Source: Paraphysomonas bandaiensis
Lineage: Eukaryota > Protista > Chrysophyceae
Reading direction: 5' to 3'
Assembly: GCA_965644295.1 (NCBI GenBank)
Contig: CBFFRP010000395.1
Coordinates: forward strand, 124,001-188,000
Length of the DNA stretch: 64,000 bases
The translations under genes were made by a program, and so were the position numbers. Of the stretch, positions 37,581-50,742 are shown one piece after another. Position 1 is the stretch's first letter; each line of letters starts with the position of its first letter. The notes beneath the pieces are model-generated. The model was not told the origin of the DNA. It ran no database searches and saw only the letters and a program-made list of their open reading frames with translations.

Positions 37581-40500
37581 CTAGCACGATTCGTCTATAT
37601 CTGTACCCGATGATGTCCACATCTGCAAAATTGATCTTAAGGAATCCATTCTTGTCGATTTTACACGAAGCCTTCAAAGTAAAATAAAATAAATAATAAA
37701 CAACAAACTTTTAATATATTACCTGCATGTTTCTATGTGTTTCGCCGCAGCATCACAGTGTTTCTTAGTTTCGAAACCAATGATCATCTGATAGAGCGTT
37801 CCCGGACTGCGAGAAGGAAGTATACTCGCCAACTTTGCCCCATTGCTATCTCCATGAGCGAAGGTAGAAGAGTTTGACACACCCACGGATGTATCCACCT
37901 GACCAACTCTATCCATCGTCTGCAGTGGGAGAGACGAGCGCACAAGAAGCTTGATATTCCGTTCATCATCACCATCTACTGCCGCCTCTACAAATAATGT
38001 ATACATCAGAACGATGACGATAATGCATTCGCGATTGCAGAACCTATGCGATGAATGGGTATCGCCAGCAGTACTACGCCTATTACATTATGTCAAAACA
38101 CAAGTTGTTAGTACTGTGGAGTACTTGCCGCTGTCAAGTTTCTTTAGCGGCACACTGAGCAGAAGGGTCGTTATCTCGTCGTATATAAAGTACACTTCTC
38201 CAACTTTTCTTGGTCTTTCCGCAGGCTTAGGGCTGTTGTTTTCAACCAATGCGGGAGAACCACCCGTGCTACTGCGTCGGCCACCTAGGGGTGTAAGTTT
38301 CCCCCTAGATACTGCCGGAGAGAGAGAAGACCGGCGACTGGATGTTGGAGTGTTTTGAGCCGAGTTTGTAGATTGAAAAGACAATCGTCCAGATTTGGCA
38401 AATTCAGAAGGGTCAAATAATGGTGATACAACACAAGATGCAAAACAATGTCGCCCACCCATCGCAATAGAATTTCCTGTGTTGAACTCTTAATCTAATG
38501 GAACAGCATAGCAACACATACATACCAACAGCATATTTATCTGGCACACCGGCATACTCGCTGAATTCAGATACACTACCGTCAATCAAACCTTTCGATA
38601 AATCCTCTGAACAGAAATGTGATTACAGAAGCAGACTTATACGCATAAGCATCCACCTGCAGACGACGTTGCACTACTCGACTTCGATAGTTTCAATATG
38701 CATCGGAATAGTGACCTCAGCAAGAGAAACATCTGGACTTCACGCCGAGCTTTCTCAACCTACAACGACTTATTTTCGTCCAGCAGAAGTGATTGAAACG
38801 AGACCAACCTCACTAGTCGGGATCGAGTGATCTGTGCCTATTCGTTGAAAGAGGTGTGTAGTGGGGGGTAACACGAGGACTACATCACTGCTCATCTTCT
38901 GTAGAGTTGCTTCCCATTTGGGCTGCGCAGCCGCTGCGCGTCGTATCTCCTCTTCTAACTGGCCCAACAACGTGTCTGACAGCCACCCTACAATTGGTAA
39001 TCAGCTTAATCAGCGCTACGATTATGCAACTTACCGTTTGCCCTAGCGAGTAATGCTTCCGCAGTTGTTTTCACAGCCTGACGGACTGATCGAAGGCAAA
39101 ACCTGGAAGAATATTACATCAGAAGCATTTATCGCTATATATATTGCTGACATTATCTTATCTGGACAAGTCCATGTATCAGTGGAGGGGGCTGCTTTGC
39201 TTGCAATGTGCGCCATTCGAACTAGATCGTAGATTGTGACCGCAGCCACCTGAAGCTGGTGAGAATAAGTAACACGAGAGAGACTTCCGTACCTGTAAAA
39301 CAGGAAGTGACCGCTTGTGAGCAGTCTGGAGGAGGTTGAGTAGAGCGAGAAAAATGCCACGTTGGTACTCCAGTGAAACAGTAGAACCGATGAGATCATC
39401 GGGTAACTCAGCACCGTTCCCTGATATTTCAGATAGTTGGGTTATGGTGGCGCTAAGAGTCATCATATCTGCCACGGAGAGGGTATCTGCATCGCAGGAA
39501 GGTATATCTTCTTCAGGGTTCATCTCTGCGCTCCCTGATCGACCCCTAATAGCCACGGGATCTGCTGCCTCACTTCCGTATGTGTATTCGTCCATTTCCC
39601 CCTTATAGTCTATCATGCCTTCCGCGTCAAGTGCATTGTTGATATCGTTCTTCAACCTAGACTCGGCGTTGTCATCACCACACAGGACAGTTGTTGTAGG
39701 TAGTGTTTCTGGTACTGGGAAATCATCCACAGAGAGTGATGTTTTGCAAACTGGCTCTCCGGGCGGGTCCCATATTTCTAGCAATTCCAACGGTTTCAAA
39801 ACTGATGCAGTGGCAGCTGCTCCCATTGCAAAATTCCCGGTATCTCCAGCAAGGAAAGGGGCGCACGAGGAAACGTCCTGCCGTACGACACTATCGATTA
39901 GCAGACACGACAAAAGAACTATTCGGTCCGCTCCACTACCCATTAGTCGAACAAGTGCCTCGCGATAGGGATTCAGGAAAGATGGTGCTCCAGTTGTGTC
40001 ATAAGCAGAAATTTCCGGGACAGATTGTACACACTGACGATTAGGGTCAAGTGACTCCGATGTCGCCATATTGCTACCTTCACACCCAAAGAGTACGTTC
40101 TTCCGATGCTTCTCGGAGACTGGGTGAAAGAGAGCTACCTTAAGCGCTCGTCGCAATTGTTTTTCTTTCACAGTACGAAAAGTCTGCATACGAACACTTA
40201 GCACCAAAGAAGAATGACATTGGACGAGTGCATACCTGTATAAGGAGAAATAGTGCAACCGTGATGCATAAACCGGGCTCATCATCATTCGTATCTGCAG
40301 CTGGCGACAATGGGGTTGATGGGGTATCCTTATACTCAGTAGTTTCCACAGACGGGAGAGGAGTTACAGATATTTCTTCAGCACCTTCTTGTTCTGCCAC
40401 ATCTCCCCTTTCCACATTGGAGGATGTAGTCTCAGGCCTGCGTCTAGGGTCCGTGACTTGAGTGTATCGAAGAAGGGGGTCCAACAACACAGGATAAATA

Positions 40501-41654
40501 TAGTGGGCAACTATGTGCCGAGAAAGAAATCGAGTTAACTTGCGAACGTTTAGTCCAAAGAGATCTTGCAAATAATACAGCCAATCCTCTAATGCATCCA
40601 GCGACCCTTGCACCTGGTGTTCAATGCGCTCACCCATTCGACCTTCCGTAAACTCCTTTGTGTTAGGGCGTCCAGCATAAAGATTGTACTCTATACACAA
40701 CGACTGAATAGAATTGTGATGTGCTTCCAGCTGCCCTACAACCTCTGTTGCAAAAGAGAGCAAGATGTCGTCCTTGAGGGAATACTGCCGAGCTTTAATG
40801 TCCTCTATCTTGAAGATGTTAAGAATGGTAGACTGGGCACCAGTCCGCACCATAGGATCTCGGTACTTTAGAAACTCTATCGCGCGCGATAGTAAAGGAA
40901 AAGTCCCACTCTCTTCTATGAAAAAGAACTGCACCGTCTGACTATTCAGTCGTAGAGACAGGGACTTCATAAACGAGATGAAGATATCACTCAATTCATC
41001 CTCTTCAAAGTTATAGGGGAATCGAATTATATCATTAATGTAGTTGTTTGAGAGAAGGTAATACAATGATGTGTCATTCCGAACACATTGACAGAGAATA
41101 CTCAATGTTTGCAATATCTGAATGTATACCTGGCATCGATACAAAATATAATGACACTCATGACATGCAGCAATGGATAGCAACTTGCCTTTGGAGGACA
41201 GCCGCAGGAAGAGCGCATAATTTCCAGAAATAAAGACAACATATTCTTCTCACAGAAGAAACTGCAAAAAAATGAATATAAATCAAACAAATGTGCAAAA
41301 TAATGCTTACTCAAATAGCAACTCGCTCTTACTGTCACCATACACTACCATTTCAGCCAGCACTACAAATAATTTATGAATTTAAAATAAATCATATATA
41401 TTACAATAAATTTCATTACCTCTGAGTACTTCTACAACAAGTTTTTCATTTTCAATAGCAAGATCTTTATTTTCAACTAATACTTTATGTAGATTCCTAT
41501 ATATATATATATGTTACATCATCTCATCTTCTAGTATATATATATATGTATACTTTAAATGTGGTAATGTAAATTTTGTTGCACCATCAGGTACTGGTGG
41601 TGATGATGATGATACTGTTTTATTTGTTCCAACTGATGTTATTCTACGAAACAT
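37581..41654 (-). CDS. CLEC16A: CLEC16A/TT9/GOP-1 family (FPL domain) protein
   Basis: Spliced N-terminus reads FTLPHLK...VVEVLR..AEMVVYGD...FFCEKNMLSLFL...IQILQTLSILCQCVRNDTSLYYLLSNNYINDII...FISFMKSLSLRLN..TVQFFF....TFPLL...DPMVRTGA. Many short introns; stop TAG at 37581-37583. Confidence 0.9.
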
Positions 41655-42135
41655 GATCTAATAATATGAAATCTATAGATATAATCTATGAAGATATACT
41701 CTAATTAATGGATATTAATATAAATGTATAGAGTTTGTTTTTCTATTGAATTGAATGAATGTAATGGAGAGTTTATTGGAACATAGAGAATGAATGATAT
41801 GTGGGGTATATATATGTGTAGATGGTGTGAGAGTATGTTGGAAGGAAATGAATGACCTGCTTGCTATACATACATACATACATACATAGCGATATCCACA
41901 ATACAGCTAGAGTATACATACCTATCTATATAGGCATATAAAACCTGCATACATACAATATATATGTACCTGCATACATACATACATACATACATACATG
42001 CATACATACATACATACTGTACTACGTATATATAAACACTGCTATACATCACATATACAGGTAATAAAAACCTAATTTTCATGCAAAAAATCTGATTTTT
42101 CAGTTCCAAACTATGGAAACAAGAAAAAAAGGAAT

Positions 42136-42208
42136 TGCTCTAGGATGGGCTCGAACCATCGACCCTTGGCTCATAAGACCAATGCTCTAACCACTGAGCT
42201 ACAAGAGC
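42136..42208 (-). tRNA. tRNA-Ile(TAT), intronless
   Basis: Minus strand GCTCTTGTAGCTCAGTGGTTAGAGCATTGGT-CT-TAT-GA-GCCAAGGGTCGATGGTTCGAGCCCATCCTAGAGCA, with a T-run downstream. Confidence 0.95.
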
Positions 42209-43329
42209 TAGGAACATTAGTGAAGGGAATTTTCGAGGTGATTTTCACCACTGATATTATAAAATATAAATGCAGTAAATTATAATATGAGTATCTATAG
42301 AAGACGTACAGAATGAGTATTATAGTAGACGTATGTGTTAGTGTTATGGGTATGCGGTATATCTCTATATGAACATGGTCATTACAATGATACGAGAGAT
42401 CACAGTACTACTCATTACACATCACCCTATTGCCTATACATATATATATATATAGAGAGAGAGAACGATGCAATGAAGTTGTTAATAATACCCTCTATAC
42501 AGTACATACAGGTACTCATATGACTGTATCATGTACATAACTCTGTATGATATCCTCTACATATATCTTCATATCAACACAGTGCTTACATATATCTATA
42601 TATGACATAGATAATAATGACTAATCAGATGATTAACATAATATCCTGTTATCACAAGAATCACCTCTATATTCAGAGATTGAGTTGAAGTCTTGCTGTA
42701 CATACATACATACATACATACTTACATACATACATACATACATCTATATTCATATAATCATCTCATCAGTCTCTATCATATATATCTATGTATCATTAAT
42801 TGTACACACCTTCAATTGGTGTCTATAATACGACTACTAATATCTTAGAGAGGATTTGAGGACACAGTTTTATTGGGTATGGCATCAAGGAGTATTGTAT
42901 AGCAATCTTTAAACGATACTTGAGTTCGCTGCTTGAAATGTTGTGAAACAACAAATGAGAACTCAAGCAATGGTATAGAGAACTGTATTAAGTAATAGTA
43001 TGAGAACGATAGACTGATCAGCACTTGAACTATACATATCCCTAGATATGTTCCATTGATTTATGTTGTTCCCTAGGTATGGCATGCACATATCAGCCTG
43101 TGAGGTATTAAATTATGCACCAACATATCTAACTATGAATTCATCAATGTTAGAATTCGATATTACACGCAAGGTAACCTTGCTCAACACGTTATCTTTA
43201 TGTTTCAACTTGTGATGTTGCACTCAACGTGCTTGCAATGAAGTATTATAGTTACTAATACAAACACTTCACAACATTGTCACAGAAACTTTGTTCTCAT
43301 TCGCATATGCTTATCACACCAGCCCATTT

Positions 43330-43759
43330 CCCTCAACAAAGTCGGACTCGCACCTTGGTGTTCTGGGGGATAAGTACCGGATATATTTCTCCGGAAAACT
43401 AACGTGAGCCGTATATATAGTCAGCAGATTTTGTTCTGCCCACTCATAGCCTAATGCTTGAGTGTGTGGCACTAGGTAGACGTCTTTGTGCCTTGACAAA
43501 GAAACAGGCATCCGGGAATGCGCCCACCTCAAGGGCATCCGGGGCATCGGGCTGCCTACTTAAGTCAAGCATATTAGCTAGTTTACTTTAAGAACATAGT
43601 GCAAAAGTGGTTGTACCTTGGTGCTTGCAGTGACGCACAAGCAGCTTTTGTAGCGCCAAATAGTACGGTATCAGAGTTAAGCACTAGTTGGTTCACTTGT
43701 TTTGTTACTTTAGTTCTGACTCTGACACCCCTATTGCTAATAATCAGACATTCACTGCT
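43330..43759 (+). mobile_element. Copy of the HDV-ribozyme retroposon with decayed 12-bp TSD
   Basis: Starts CCCTCAAC at 43330. Flanks are ACCAGCCCATTT (43318-43329) and ACCAGTCTATTT (43760-43771). Confidence 0.88.
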
Positions 43760-44095
43760 ACCAGTCTATTTTATATCTACTAATATTATGTATATATATA
43801 GAGAGTGAGTGGAGAGATACATCAGAAACTGATTTCACTTCCTTTGTTACTATGCATAATACCCCATTTACCCTGTACAACTATGTGTTTCTTCTCTCCA
43901 CATATTGGATGGGTATACTTAAGTAACTGGATCTCTCAATAATGAATTTGTATAATTATAAACAACATCTCTCATCATTCATTGGTATTCGTTTCATTAA
44001 TATTCTCTCAACGGATTTCACTTACTTCACTACTCAACTCTGCCCCATACTGACAGCGTAACTAATCACTGCGTGCGGCCCTCTTTCGTCAGCAT

Positions 44096-45714
44096 TTAAC
44101 CTCTTTGCACCACACCCGTGTCTTTCAACATTTGCATTATGCTTGGTTTTCTGGGGTCTTCAAATGTGGCCAATGCTACCTGATTCTCGGATGCCATATA
44201 CACAATACCTGGAAGCATACAGAAGTTATCTTACACATTCATTCACACATATTATATGCTACACGCACATATATGCAGAGGAAATTTGGCAGGCCTAAAC
44301 AAAGGTGTATGAACAATATGGGCGGCGTCGGTGAATTCGATGTGGTGGTACACATTCGCCCAGTTCGTGATGATACCAATGGAAGCTCTATATTTAGTGT
44401 CAAGACAAATTTTTGCATATATATGTACGTGCGTATGAGATACGCAAAGTGAACTGAATTGTATGAATACATGCATTCACACCTTGTCCTACGAATAAAT
44501 CCTGGGCAGAGGGGTTCCGAGATAGTTACAGATCTACGATAGTTGGAGAGACTCTTCCGTATGAGGTGGGGGGCTGAGTAATCCGGTGGTTGGTAACCTG
44601 ATCCATAGATACAATTGGAATTAAAACAGGCACCAAGGTGCGCACTGCAACGCATATATGCTCATGCACACGCGCATATGTACAATATACTAACAAATGT
44701 ATACCGATCATATTCTCGTAGTTGCCAGCAAGGTCAGAAGTTAGGCCATCAATACGGTTCCTAAAATTGATAACCATGAGGCCAACATCTGCCTGTAAAT
44801 TTTTTGTCAACAAAAACAAACAAACATATATTTACATGTTACCTTGATGGTCCTGAAGTACATGGAGGTCAATAAGTCATTCGTGGATACAAAGTCCACT
44901 CCAGTCTCTCCAGCTAGTTCGTCCTTATGTTTCTACATACGTATATGAATAGAATATGACAAAACATAGGAACCGCCTACCTGTTTCTGACTATCGATCC
45001 AAGTGGATGACACTAGACCGGTTTTCATAGTTGCCGGTTTGCTTGTAATCAAACCTTAAGAGACATTTATATAACGAACATGGTATAAAAGTAAGTATAT
45101 ACAACACATACCTCCTATTAAATTCATAACAGTACCCACACTGGTAAAATACTTGGTTTCTTCTTTAGTTATAGACTGAAAATTGACAAGTCCAGAGTGA
45201 TTACGATCGGGTGTCAGAGAATACGCTGTGGCATTCATGCTCAACATGCTATACATTGATAGAAAGTATCTCCATCACCAACCACATGTGACAGTGACAT
45301 AACGATAGCAAACTTCTCAGCTTCCATATGTACTAATGTTAATTTAAATATAGGTTCATCCTTATTAACTAATTCAGATCCTTTTTTAACCTCATAATGT
45401 ATCAACCAGTCGAGATTGTCGTTAGTATGTATAGATGGCAGGTCCTCTTGTGTGATGATATCATATGTACTCATCACAGGACATGATGAGTATTTTAATA
45501 CAATTTTACCCTTATATTTTACAAGTCTTCCTTCTATCCATGGGTTTAATTGTATGATATCATTCAAACGAGTTCTTATGAACTCATCTGGTGCAGTGCC
45601 TGTGTATACAGTAGCTGTTGATATAGAAGCAAGACTCAAGAAATCACTTGTAGTTTCATTATTTAATAAGGGCAGATATATTGGTTCGGCATCACTTACT
45701 ACTTTGGAGGACAT
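44096..45714 (-). CDS. HXXXD (BAHD/condensation-like) acyltransferase with an apparent 1-nt frameshift
   Basis: LNPWIEGRL, SLSHVVGDGDTFY, VSTNDLLTS, INFRNRI...AGNYEN, YQPPDYSAPHLIRKSL and ITNW motifs lie across short-intron exons. The frame breaks near 45256. Confidence 0.75.
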
Positions 45715-45941
45715 GATATTGTTTAAGGGATATGGTTATATGTATGTTTATACTAGATGAGATGTATATATGTGGATAGTATATGAGCTATTTAGCCAGG
45801 ACTTTCTAGTACGGCTACACGGTACAGAGGTACTTCTCACACCACTATCTTTTAGGTAGGAATTTTCTTGTCAAATTCTGGGGCGGTAGTTTCTGAAAGC
45901 AAGAGTAGAAAAACCGGTTTTCATTTACTGTATGTACTGTA

Positions 45942-46109
45942 CACTGGGGGTTGTGCATATCGATTTCATCGATTTGTTCATCGTTTATTTCATCGAAAAA
46001 TCATCGTTTTTTCATTAAAAAGTCACTTTTTTCACTTTTCACTGAAAAAACGATGATTTTTCGATGAAATAAACGATGAACAAATCGATATGCACAACCA
46101 CCCCCAGTG
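45942..46109. mobile_element. 168-bp foldback MITE with long TIRs and TA flanks
   Basis: TA|CACTGGGGG-TTGTGCATATCGATTT...TGTTCATCGTTTATTTCATCGAAAAATCATCGTTTTTTCA is mirrored by TGAAAAAACGATGATTTTTCGATGAAATAAACGATGAACAAATCGATATGCACAACCACCCCCAGTG|TA. Confidence 0.85.
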
Positions 46110-46841
46110 TATGCTGTAATCCACTTTCAAATATTCATAAAAGTGGGCTATTTTGTATATAATGTACTAGTCATTATGGGGTGCTCCACCCCTCCACAGT
46201 GACAAGAATCCGCGACAGGAAATCGCGATATACTGAAGGTTTCTAGCATAAAGTGTCAGTATTTATACAAACCCCCCTTTTTTTACTCTAGAAACTCTAA
46301 TCGACATCCCTTGCATTATATACTATCATATGCTCACATAACTGTAGAGTATAAATGCGCACACGGCATAGAAGAGCATCTTCTTTCGCATGACGTCTCG
46401 CTCCCCTGTTGCCGATAGACTCTGATGTTTGGTAAGTAACTGTTGCTGCTACAGGAGTATGAATACAGTGCTCAGAGAATGATTGAGAGCAGTTGACCCG
46501 CCCTGCATATTAGATTCACAGGGTGGACTCTATGGAGCATGGGAACTCTTTAAAGCGTGAGTGCAGCTTAATGATGTATGACTACTTTGCTGCTGTAAGA
46601 GCCAATTCTGTAACCGTAGGGGTGTACAGTGTATATAGTAGTGATTTTAGTAGCGAGGAGAGACGTACAGCAACAGTGGTAGAAGCAACATGAAGATAAG
46701 AAAGTCAAAAGACAAAATGATTATTAGTTTCAAGAAAGGGGAATGCTCCAGCTATACGATGAGATATGGTGAATTATATGGAGACTTTGTTAATACAATG
46801 AGTTTTACATTGTATTATGTAGTTCTCAAGTTCGATAGCTC

Positions 46842-47100
46842 TTAACAAAGACTACTTGCACTATGGCGCTGTAAAAGAAATTGATCTAGAGTTAACTGGG
46901 TTTTTGTATGCTTTGTAATTCTTCTTTGACGGATATCGTTATGCAACTTCCTTAAAGTAGCTAAAATATCTGAAGGTTGGCCTTCTTGTATAGCATAATC
47001 AATTACAGTATACGAAGTATTCTCTGCTTCTTGAGAACTTATATTTCTTCTTTCAACATCTACAACGTCTTCCTCCATCACGTGCGCATCAGACATAAGA
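46842..47100 (-). pseudogene. Possible pogo/Tigger transposase C-terminal remnant
   Basis: ISSQEAE...LRKLHNDIRQRRITKHTKTQLTLDQFL resembles the C-terminal helix and QxTLDxF PIP-box-like ending of pogo-type transposases. No DDE core is visible. Confidence 0.4.
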
Positions 47101-49120
47101 ATATAAGAATGTCTGTATGGCGGCCATTCCGATCGTCCTTCAGATAACCACACATGTTCCATCTTTGACACCATTGTTTCTACACAATCTAAAATTCTTT
47201 CCGCTAGAGGCCTTCCATTTCTCACAAAGCTCTGATTGCTCTTTAAGAGTTCGTGACTTCCTGCTTTCAGGCTCACGACGCTTCATTGTTCATTCAATTC
47301 TTATAATATCATCTACTGCTAACATTGAGTATAGTGATGATCCAAGATACAACAAGAATTATGTGGTCCGTGAAAGAAAATCGTAATATATAGTGCAACA
47401 GCGATATAGGAATCGCATTATATCGCGAGTGCGCTGTGTACGAAGTATACAGCAGTACTGCCCCATTCCGAGGGCGTGGCCATAGTGTAGGCTGGCTGGT
47501 GCCCCACCTATAACACCAAGATATAGCACTGATTCTACTACCCATCCACCCGTGTGCCAACTTAGCTGACCACATAGATCACGAGCAGATTCTGTTGCCC
47601 CCCCACCTGTGTTAACCTTTGCTGAGATTACGCGGGATTTCTCATAACTATGCATGATTTATATATATGTAATTCACGCAGATTCTAGTAGGACCATGTG
47701 TACCTTCCCATCATTACCTAACAAAGATTACGCGGGGATTCTCGTGACCATGCATGACTCAGTATAGGTCTAGTGTGACATTGGCACCCCCCCTCCCTCC
47801 CCTAGAATGCGCGGGGTTTCTCGTAATCTCATATAGGCTATGCAAGTATAGTGTAGATATAGCTAGAGTTTTCTTGGTGCCGACACACAAAGAATACGCT
47901 GAGATTTTTATTAATAATCTATACCATACTTAGCTTAGTCAACACTAACACTTCACTAGGGTACGCTCTCAGAATGGGGCAAGTACTATATGCTAATATA
48001 CTCTCTGAACAGTAGTATCTAATGTCAGATATGTGCACTATATAGAGTTTCTATGTAAAAATCGTGGATTTTGCATAGACACTGCCACTTTATGCATTGC
48101 GAGCGGCCTGGCTGTACAGCAGTGTGTGTACATTCCCTGAAAACAATTCTAATATCGGCTAATTATCTACTACTGTTTAAGTTACTTTTCCGTCAGAGGT
48201 GGATGTGCCACCCAAGAAACGAACGAGGAGGGTGTCGTCACCCCCGATTCTACCCTTAAGGGGAAACAATCGGTGCACTGTCGAGATAATGTATGTATGA
48301 GTTTATTTTTTATTTTTAATGTATGTTACATATTACACCAGGCTGTTACTGCGGCGGATCTACCTCCGGATATTAGTAGTGACGAGGAGCACGAGAATCA
48401 CGAGGAGTTAACACCAAAGGTTCTCGTATCCCAACGCCTTTTAAAGGGGTGTGTGGCAAACTTCACCATTCTTCACCGTCTTCGCATCTGTATATACATG
48501 GGTACGATTCAGAAGAGCAAAAGAAGCGAGTGGACAAGAGGACGAGACCAATTTCCCATGGCCGTTCTTTTGTGTGTACAACATGCGGGTTTGTCGCAAA
48601 GAATTTGAATGGACTTGGTGTTCATAAAGGTGGAAAAAAACATAAGTGAATTGTGTGTTCTTCCCTATAACTAATACAGCATATTATGTGTTGCTTGTTT
48701 TGTGTGTTTTGGTATGTGCATATATATAGTGCTGGAGGGTGCCCCATACTGACAGCGTAACTAATCACTAGTGAATGCGGCTGAGTGTTGCGACCGCGCA
48801 CCTCTACCTATGTACACATTGCTTAGTTCAGCGTTCAGCGCTTCCCCACCCGGGTTCTCACTGCATATTCAGCGCTAAATACCGTGTGATAACGATGTAG
48901 CTAGTTGGGTTCAGTAGGTAGCTAGCAAATAACGTATGGGACTTAATCAAGTATTAGTTAGATACCCACCCGGATCTACCGAAGTGCGCGCTCAGAATGG
49001 AGCAAATTCACTTACAAATTACTACGTTAGTAGTGGTGTCTATTTGTCAACAGCTAAGGAATAAAAAGAGTAGACAAAGGACAAAGTGTGTAAATGGGTT
49101 GGAATGTTACTTATGTTGAA

Positions 49121-49188
49121 CTTCGACATAGTTATCAGGCCGCAAATATGACATGATCACTGCATACCGTCATTCACTACGTTCGAAG
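49121..49188 (-). promoter_or_regulatory. SECIS element in the SELENOT 3' UTR
   Basis: Minus strand CUUCGAACGUAGU GA AUGAC GGUAUGCAG UGAUCAUGUCAUAU UUGCGGCC UGAU A ACUAUGUCGAAG. This gives helix 1, an AUGA/UGA quartet and helix 2, beginning ~22 nt after the stop codon. Confidence 0.8.
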
Positions 49189-49210
49189 CACGACAATAAA
49201 CCTTATACGC

Positions 49211-50037
49211 CTACAACTTAATATTAAATCTGTTCATTATCTCCACAAGCTCGTCCCCGTTTGGAAATCTTCCAGTTTGAAGCTTACTGAAGACAAGATC
49301 ACCTATGCGTAATAATAAGGCCCTGTTGACACATCTCAACGTTTCATTATTACCATTTACGAATATTTCGAACGCCCCTGTGGTCAGCATACTGTTTCCT
49401 AAATTGTTAAGCACAAACAGTGCACCTGAATACAATACACATGAGTAACTAGAATGTCTTTTACACGCGATAGTTACCGAAGGATGTCATTTTATTGTTT
49501 TTCATATATACGTAAAAATCAGGTTCAGGGATTCCCAAGTTCGCGAAAATTTGGTCTCCCAACATAAGAAGTACAAGTCCTCCAAAAAAAAGCAGCGATG
49601 TAGCGGAGGCGATATATTGTGACGATAGAGGCGGCGGGTAATTCTCCCCGTCAATGAAGCCAATAAGGTCACTGTTGCGGCTTTCCAAGAACGATCGAAG
49701 TTCCAGGAAATTCCGCCGCATGCCTATCAGGGAAATTATTCAATGCGCATAGTATAGTGTTATCAACGACATACCTCATGAGGTACAGTACTGTACAACT
49801 ATATGAGTACTATGATCAGGTTTGTTATTATTCATTTTTCCTTGACGTCTTGCAATAGTTGAAAACTCATCATTTTCAGTTTGTGTATTTCGTCGACTCA
49901 TAACACTAACATCTTCATATCCATATTACATATAAAAAAATTACAAAAAAAACATGATTAATCATCATAATATTACCCGTGATACATAATATAGATATGA
50001 AACCAAGTAGAGAAGCACATATCTTCATAGACACCAT
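49211..50037 (-). CDS. SELENOT: Selenoprotein T (Rdx family), Sec encoded by in-frame UGA at 49776-49778
   Basis: Signal-peptide exon, then HIVVQYCTS(U)G|MRRNFLELRSFLE...IDGENYPPP...LGNSMLTTGAFEIFVN|GDLVFSKLQTGRFP. This is the CxxU motif and the SelT hallmark sequence. Confidence 0.93.
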
Positions 50038-50742
50038 GATGTTATAGTGGAGCTCGTTAAGAGGCTTCTAATGTATTATGGTTTAGATTATGAATGTAAA
50101 GAGTAGAAAGGGAATGTAGAGTATGGTAATGAATGGTGAGTAGAGATGGTTATTATTGTATATATATATGTGGAGTTGTTTATATGTTATGGTCACCTAT
50201 ACAGGCACATACCACATACTGCATACATACTCTATACACTACACACATACACACATACACACTTCCATACATTCCATACACATATTCTATAGGAATTCCT
50301 ACACACATATCCATACATCCACTATCTAACGTATATTTTATATGACATTTCATATACTGTATATAAATACCTTGATTTTTGAGTATTATATAGAAAATAT
50401 TGACTTTTCCAATAAAAAGAACACTACCCTCAAAACCTGCTGATGATGCTGTCAAAATTTGAATCTCGAATTTTGAAATGTATGTATGTTGTAGTATTGT
50501 GTATATCCAGCAGTAGTGCTATATATATGTACACATGTATACTGTGTGTATGGTATGTACAGTACTGTATATACAGGCATTGTGTTGTCTCTCTCTATAT
50601 GCATATGATCATATATACATACACGAACTACTAGAACATTACATCTTATCTATCAATACACCATGTTGTCATCCATCTAACCCCCCCCCCCCCTTCCTCC
50701 CTCTCTCTCTCTCTAGACACTCCTATATCATCATAATATAAC

